A stretch of DNA of 64,000 nucleotides, taken from Neocallimastix sp. 'constans'. Lineage: Eukaryota. Positions 56,664 to 64,000 of this stretch are shown piece after piece (position 1 is the first letter of the stretch; each line of letters begins with the position of its first letter). The stretch covers positions 186,001-250,000 of the forward strand of contig JBODTK010000145.1 in assembly GCA_050613775.1 (NCBI GenBank), read 5' to 3'. Under the pieces are notes generated by a model, which was not told the origin of the DNA, made no database searches, and worked only from the letters and a program-made list of their open reading frames with translations. The position numbers were made by a program, and so were the translations under genes.

Positions 56664-57368
56664 TTAATGCTTTTTAACATAACACTTTCTTCTTCTTGTT
56701 GGAGCAATAGTTGGAATTAGATCTGGTTCTTCAGCATCAGTAGTTGTTGGAACTGGTTCTTCAGCATCAGTGGTTGTTGGAACTGGTTCTTCAATATCAG
56801 TGGTTGTTGGAACTGGTTCTTCAATATCAGTGGTTGTTGGAACTGGTTCTTCAATATCAGTGGTTGTTGAAACTGGTTCTTCAGATATAGAAGAAGTAGT
56901 TGGAACTGGGGCTACAGATACAGAAAGAGTAGATACAATTGGATCAACAGATACAGAAGGAGTAGCTACAACTGGAACTTCAGATGCAGAAGGAGTAGCT
57001 ACAACTGGAACTTCAGATGCAGAAGGAGTAGCTACAACTGGAACTTCAGATGCAGAAGGAGTAGCTACAACTGGAACTTCAGATGCAGAAGGAGTAGCTA
57101 CAACTGGAACTTCAGATGCAGAAGGAGTAGCTACAACTGGAACTTCAGATACAGGAGTGGCTACAACTGGGATTTCAGATTCAGAAGGAGTAGCTACTAC
57201 TGGAACTTCAGATGCAGAAGGAGTAGCTACAACCGGGATTTCAGATGCAGAAGAAGTAGCTACAACCGGGATTTCAGATGCAGAAGGAACAACTGATTCT
57301 ATACCTTCTAAAGCAAAGGCAGAGTTAGCAGCAATTAAAGAAATTAATAAAGTGTAGTAAGACTTCAT
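56664..57368 (-). CDS. Secreted Ser/Thr/Pro/Val-rich mucin-like repeat protein (234 aa)
   Basis: Signal peptide MKSYYTLLISLIAANSAFA, ~10x SASEVPVVATP, 5x EEPVPTTTD[IA]-type repeats and a basic tail RRRKCYVKKH. Confidence 0.88.
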   Translation of the reverse strand: MKSYYTLLISLIAANSAFALEGIESVVPSASEIPVVATSSASEIPVVATPSASEVPVVATPSESEIPVVATPVSEVPVVATPSASEVPVVATPSASEVPVVATPSASEVPVVATPSASEVPVVATPSASEVPVVATPSVSVDPIVSTLSVSVAPVPTTSSISEEPVSTTTDIEEPVPTTTDIEEPVPTTTDIEEPVPTTTDAEEPVPTTTDAEEPDLIPTIAPTRRRKCYVKKH

Positions 57369-57931
57369 TTTTTTAATATATATATATATTCTTTCTTTTT
57401 TTTTTTTTTTTTTTTTTTTTTTTGTTCGTTTATTTGTTTTATAAATCTTTTTTTTTTTTTTTTTTTTTTTTTTTTGATTTATAATATTAAATTTTTATTT
57501 TTTTTTTTTTTTTGGAAAATAAAAAAAAAGTTAAAATCTTCTTTATTTATACTTTTTTTGAAAATAAATAAACAATAAAGAAAAAAAGCAAAAATAAAAA
57601 AATAAAAAAACAGGAAATTCGAAAGTGATTACAATTCAAGATTTAACTTTTTTTATTCATTAAATATATAATGAATTAATTAATTAAATATTTAATTATT
57701 TTTTTAAAAAATAAACATATACAAAATCTTATATTTATAAAGTTATCCCTTAATAATTGAATGAATAGAACAAGTTTAAATAATTTAATATTAAAAATAA
57801 ATAAATAAACAATAATCGCTTAAATAAATAAACATAATAATTCTTAATAAATAATATTAATTTTTTTTAATTTTGTTTTTATTTTTAAAAAATTTTCAAA
57901 AAAAAGTTTTTTTTAATAATAAAAATAATAT

Positions 57932-57962
<31 letters not shown>

Positions 57963-59135
57963 TATTTTTAATTTAATTTATTAAAAAATAAACATTTCGA
58001 AACAAAAAAACAAAAAATAAAAAAACAAAAAAATAAAATAAAAATATATTATTAATTAATTAATTACTTGCATTGAGTCATTCATTCATTTACCCACTGA
58101 TTTAAATCCAATTATTTCTTTTTTTATAAATAAATTATTATTATAAAAAAACTAAATAAAAAAAAAAATTTAGTGTATGTGTATTTAATATACACCTCTA
58201 TTATGTGTATATTATGTATATATATTCATGAAACATATATAAAGCGTTAGATTTATGAAAATTTTAAAACATTTCTTCATAATTTATGACTGCTCCATAT
58301 ATGAAATTATTAAAAAGAAAGGAAAAAAAAATTAAATAATAATTATTAAAAAAATATTTCATGTTACTGAAATCCATTTACAATAATTGCTGTTATAATA
58401 AATTTAAATAATTATTATACTTTATATATTACATTTTATTTTACTTTATTTTATTGTTTTTTTTTTCATTTTTTTTTTTTTTTTAAATTGGGAGTTAATA
58501 AGAAAAGAGGATCACAAAATCTTTAAATTCTTTTACATAGAATAAAACGTTTTATTCATTTATAATTTTTATTTTATTTATTATAAACGATATTTTATTT
58601 TTAAATGTTATGTTTAATAGATTTATATTTGATATAACAGTATTTTCAATGATATTAAGAATAATAATATAAAAGTATTTAACGGTATAATATGATAGTT
58701 ATTATAATTAAATATTCTTGTATATCAATATAATTTATAATTATAATGAAAAATATTCTAATAATATTTTATTAATTATATATATAAAATATTTATTTAT
58801 TATTAAATATTTGAATATTAGTTATTTGTATATAAATTTAACTTCAATATATATTATTTTTAATATAAAACAAATTTAGATAATAAATATATATATATAA
58901 AAAAAAAAGAAAGTTTGTGTTGAAGTACAATTCAACTATTAATGTTTAAATTAATTTTTATTATTAATATTTTAATATTATATCTTCTTCTTCATATAAT
59001 TTTGTTTCTTTTTTTTTTTATTATATTTATGGAAAATTTAATATATATATATATATATATATATATTTAGATTCTAAATTGCTTTTTTTATCTAAAGGAA
59101 ATACCTTTTTACATGAAAATGTAATGATGCAATGA

Positions 59136-59556
59136 GGAGTGGGGTATTTTTCGCCAAGTTACATTTCGCCAAATTTTTTGAAGGAATGTGACGTATAAAA
59201 AAATGTTGCATTTTGCAAAATTGAAAATTATTAAATGAATAAATAAATGAATAAATAAATAAAATTAAATATTATTAATATTGATAAATTTTTTTTTATA
59301 TATTTAAATATATAAATTTTTTTTTTCATATAGAGATAATTATTTTATTACTATTTTACAAAATATTAAAATAGATCTTTAATTAAATACTGTTATAATT
59401 ATAATCAATGGATATGAATTATAAAAATAATATTAAAATAATATTGATTAGTAAATAAATATTATAAAAAAAGTTTTAAAAATATATTTTGAATTTTTAT
59501 TTATTTATTTATTCATTCATTTATGTCAATACCTCCACTTGGCGAAATGCAACTCT
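59136..59556. mobile_element. Second, more degraded copy of the MULE-like MITE at 22-371
   Basis: It shares the left end (GTGGGG..TTTCGCCAAGTTACATTTCGCCAAATTTTTTGAA..ATGTG.CGTAT) and the right end (TCAATAC..CACTTGGCGAAATGCAACTCT). The internal segment is longer and there is no clean TSD. Confidence 0.8.
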
Positions 59557-60352
59557 AACAATGCGATGATCATTTTGATATAATCCTAGTTCAAGAAAGT
59601 TATTGTTGGGGATTTACATATTAAATCTATTATAGTACTATTTATTTATATATTTAGTAAATTGTATTATTATGATTACATATATTTATTCAAGTTAAAT
59701 AATTATACTTGACTACACGTTTAAGAGTATCTAACTACTTTTACACATACACTTCTCTTAATTTTTATGTTATTTGATTATAATTAGCTGTTCTTATACT
59801 TAATATAAACTATTTAATGAGTTTTTATGTAAAATATTATAAATATTAATAATTATTATTGAAGGAAATATTTAATAACAATATAAATATAAATATATAA
59901 TAATAAGAATATCATTAAAAAACATTGATTTATGTTAATATTTTATTATTTCTTATTTTATTAATTATAAGAATAATTAATATTAAGAAATAAAGCCACA
60001 TATTTAGAACATTATAAATTCATTTTGATTGAAGACATTAATTTATGTTTATAATAATAATATTTATTTTATATTAATTAAGGTTTGAACATTTGTATTT
60101 GATACCAAACTTTAAATTTAATAACAACCTTTACTTCTTTTCATATAGAATTTTCTAAAGATCGAATATAATAAATTACTTTATTACATTTACTAATTTT
60201 TAGAAATTTTTTAAATTTTTTTTTTTATTATTTTCTCTTTTTAAATATAGCCATATTTATTTTTAATTACAATAAATTGTACCTCCATTAATAATATTCA
60301 TATTAGGTAATGTTGATATATTTTAAAATTTGTGTTTATTGAAGATAAAACT

Positions 60353-60384
<32 letters not shown>

Positions 60385-60393
<9 letters not shown>

Positions 60394-60643
60394 TAAATAA
60401 TAAATAATAAATAATTAATATTAAATAATAAATAAATAATAAATAATAAATAATAAATAATAAATAATAAATAATAAATAATAAATAATAAATAGTATAT
60501 AATAAATAATAAATAATAAATAATAAATAATAAATAATAAATAATAAATAATAAATAATAAATAATAAATAATAAATAATAAATAATAAATAATAAATAA
60601 TAAATAATAAATAATAAATAATAAATAATAAATAATAAATAAT
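60385..60643. repeat. (AATAAAT)n heptamer satellite
   Basis: Tandem 7-mers preceded by an (AAT)n run. Confidence 0.9.
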
Positions 60644-61131
60644 ATTTTATATATACTAAAAATAATTTTTTATGAAAATAGGCTTAAAAAAAAAAAAAAA
60701 AGAATATATATTAAATTTATAAAATAAATATTTATATACAAAATATATATATATATAAAATACAAAATATATATACATATATATATATATACATATATAT
60801 ATTTAAAGATAATCATTCAAAGCTAAATATAACTTACAATTAAATAATTATAAATTGGAAATCCATAAAAAAGAAAAATACAATAATAGAATGTGTTGTA
60901 TAAATGGTTAAATAAAATAAAATTTAAAAAAATTGTAGTTTAAAAATGATAACATTAATTATTTAGTTTATTAATTTTTATACTTTTTTTATTATTTTAT
61001 TATTTTATTATTTTTTTATGATTCATATATAATATAATATTTATATATATTAAAAAGGTATAATATTGATATTGTATAATCAATTATATAAATATAAATA
61101 TTATATTTCTATAATTATTTGTTAATCTAAT

Positions 61132-61164
<33 letters not shown>

Positions 61165-62419
61165 TGATTAAAATTATATACTTTTTATCAATATTTAAAA
61201 TCTTGACGTAAGTATTATTATATCTTTTATGATAAAAGTTTTCCATTATATAATTTTTCTTTATATTAAAAGAACTTGTTTCATTTATATATGAAATTGA
61301 AATTGGTCATAAAATTACCATTATTATCCTTTTCATAAATTATATCAAAAATTACAGTCATAATATCAATATTGTTTAAAAAGGGAATGGAATAATATAT
61401 TCTGGTATGAGTACAAATTGAAACGTAATGGTATAGATTACTGTAGAAATCTTGACATCGTTTTGATTAAAGATAGAGTTTTATTCTGCTATTACTTTCT
61501 TTTTTTTTAAAAAAATTAATCATTTTAACCGTATATATTATTAATAATTTAACACTTAAATTTTAAAGATTATATATTTTAGTAACATATTTTATATTTC
61601 AATATGTACAAGTAATAGTATTTCATATTTAATCCTTGAAGAAGGAATGTTAATAATACATTTTTAACTCATCATTATACTTTATATCAATTTATGACTT
61701 TTTAAAATTTTATGTAATACTTTCAATTGATTAAAATGTAATCTCTAAATTAATCTAACATCAGAATTATTTTATACAGCCAAAATTATTTAATATTAAA
61801 ATTTGAATGACAATTAATTATTTATTATTTATGATTAAATAATTTTATAATTTATTATTGATTATATCATTATTTTTATTAAAATATTTTATGTTATAAT
61901 AATTATATATGATTATTTATAAAGGTTAAATAACATATCTGTAACATCAATTCATTTATATTATTAAAAAAATTTATTATATATTTACTTCTTTTTTTTT
62001 TTTTTTTATTTTATTAAGTAAAACTAATAAATAATATTAAATTTTATAAATAATAAAAACATTTAAATACCTAGACTAGAAGAAATCTAATCTGCTTTAA
62101 AAATTCCAAATTTATTTATTTCTTCTTTTATACCCACTCTTACGAATCTTTTATATATATATATATATATTTTTTACTTTATTTTTTAATTTTTATAGAT
62201 AATAATTTAAATTTTATAATTTCATTTAATTAAATAAGTACTAAAATATTTTGGTTATTTTTAATTATTAATTTTGGAAATTTTCTTTTTGTAAAATTTG
62301 AATAATCGCTTACTATTGTTATTATTACTGTTATTGTTGCTATAATTATTACTAGTATTATTATTATTTTTATATAGTTCTTGTAATTTTTATTTTGATA
62401 ATTCTTATTATATATTAGC

Positions 62420-63430
62420 TTATAAATACATTAGTTCTGTTAATTTTAACCAGGTAATTAAGGCATATTCTCTACCATTAATTTTTTTTTCAATTTTTTC
62501 GTCTATTGCTTCATTATTTGAAATAATAGGTGACCAATCCAATTGCTTTAATTCATCTAAATTGTATTCAGAAATTCTATTCTCTTTGGATAATATGGTA
62601 ACATACCAAGCATAATTTGTTCGGTAAAATAATAAATTTTTAGAAAATGTGCAATAAAAAAGTGTTTTACTTAATATATTCAAATTATTTTGGTTTAAAT
62701 CTATTTTATTTTTTGGTTTATTCATGTTTTCAGAAGATAATTTTAATTTTAATCCATATTTTTTTAAAGTTCTCATTTCAGTTTCATATAGTAATAATAA
62801 TTTCGCTGACTTTTTAGCTTTTTCTAATCCATATATATTTATATTGTTAAGCAGAATTTTAATAGCAAATTCAACCTCACTATATTTAACAGCTATATTA
62901 TGTTTAAAAGATTCATCAATACATTCTTTTACTTTATGAATACCTACGACTTCATAATTTTTATTTAAAAGAGGTGAACCCGATGATCCTTTATTTGTGT
63001 CAACCTTATGATAATAATTAATACTATTAATATTACTTATATTTCCAAATGCTAGAGAATATTCTTTATTAGCATATTGACAAATTAAAACAGCTTCATT
63101 CATTTCAGCTTCTTGATTACTAGGTTTAAGAAATGTTGGTTCAATTTCATCAATAATTTCATTATTTAATTCAATAAATGTAATATCAATGAGTTCTGAT
63201 GTAAATATAAAATCCTCATCATTTATTTCGATTTCTATACCTTGTTCTTCATTATAGGCCATATAAATATTAAATGATTTATTTGATTCAAGTTGACTTT
63301 CATTTAATATATGATTATTAGTCATTAAACCACGCAATGGCTTTTCTTTATTTGGAATTGGAATAGCAATAAAAAATCCTGTACCAATAATACTTTTTCT
63401 GACTTTTATTTTGCAAATTGAATGACTCAT
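62420..63430 (-). CDS. Trypsin-like (PA clan, Trypsin_2-type) serine protease with an unknown C-terminal domain
   Basis: SICKI..GTGFF..MTNNH (His)..ELIDITFIEL (Asp)..DTNKGSSGSPLLN (Ser)..VVGIH. The frame stays open upstream to 63529, so the true start may lie in an upstream exon. Confidence 0.85.
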   Translation of the reverse strand: MSHSICKIKVRKSIIGTGFFIAIPIPNKEKPLRGLMTNNHILNESQLESNKSFNIYMAYNEEQGIEIEINDEDFIFTSELIDITFIELNNEIIDEIEPTFLKPSNQEAEMNEAVLICQYANKEYSLAFGNISNINSINYYHKVDTNKGSSGSPLLNKNYEVVGIHKVKECIDESFKHNIAVKYSEVEFAIKILLNNINIYGLEKAKKSAKLLLLYETEMRTLKKYGLKLKLSSENMNKPKNKIDLNQNNLNILSKTLFYCTFSKNLLFYRTNYAWYVTILSKENRISEYNLDELKQLDWSPIISNNEAIDEKIEKKINGREYALITWLKLTELMYL

Positions 63431-63940
63431 TTTATCATAAAATTCATTACACTTAATAATTGGACTTAATTGATAATTATTATTTGAAACGGAATTACTA
63501 TCACATAAAATAGAATCGTTATCCTCACTTTAATGATAATTATTTATAGTTTTATTGATGTTTTTTTTTTTTTTTATTATTATTATTATTAAAAAAATAT
63601 TAAATATATAATAATAATTAAATTATAAAATATATATTTTATTATTTAATCATAGAATTTTTATCAATAGAAAGATATAATCATTTACTTATTTTTTAAT
63701 TTTTACTATTTAAAATAATATATTTTAATTATGTACATAATTGTATCATTTTTATATAATATATTTAAGTTATAGAAAATAATAATTATATTAATTTACT
63801 ATAATAAATATTATATAAATAGTATAAAATCAAACCTCTTCAAATCATTTTTAGAATTTACATCTTTTTTAATATATATTGTTTCATTTTTATTTTAATG
63901 TATATTTTATATTAGTTAAAAATTTTATTATATCATTAAT

Positions 63941-63975
<35 letters not shown>

Positions 63976-64000
63976 AAAATGAAAATTACCATTAAAAATT

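Noticed and set aside
56770..57357. 195-aa plus-strand repeat ORF
   Set aside because: It is the antisense shadow of the signal-peptide-bearing minus-strand gene.
61200..61960. Possible decayed second protease copy
   Set aside because: Only faint motif echoes (IDVT, YHYVS) with no sustained frame; not supportable without an alignment.

Overview
This is extremely AT-rich eukaryotic DNA with GT-AG introns and long poly-A/T and microsatellite tracts, most consistent with an anaerobic gut fungus (Neocallimastigomycota; inferred from composition and gene content, not proven). I reconstructed four intron-containing housekeeping genes by hand: Cdc42 (2 exons, 191 aa), a divergently oriented SH3-WW-WW-PH-RhoGAP (16 exons, 631 aa), Nar1/CIAO3 (7 exons, 512 aa) and UBR1 (3 exons, ~2405 aa). 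The right third holds three apparently intronless accessory ORFs: two secreted repeat proteins and a trypsin-like protease. Mobile DNA includes a Mutator-type MITE with a perfect 9-bp TSD plus a second copy, a gag-only LTR element with an extra tandem LTR nested in a decayed LINE, and many LINE 3' fragments, one with a clean GATC-bounded inversion. There is also a decayed 18S rRNA 5' fragment and several satellites. No CRISPR array or prokaryotic system is present. Most short ORFs in the track are low-complexity artefacts.
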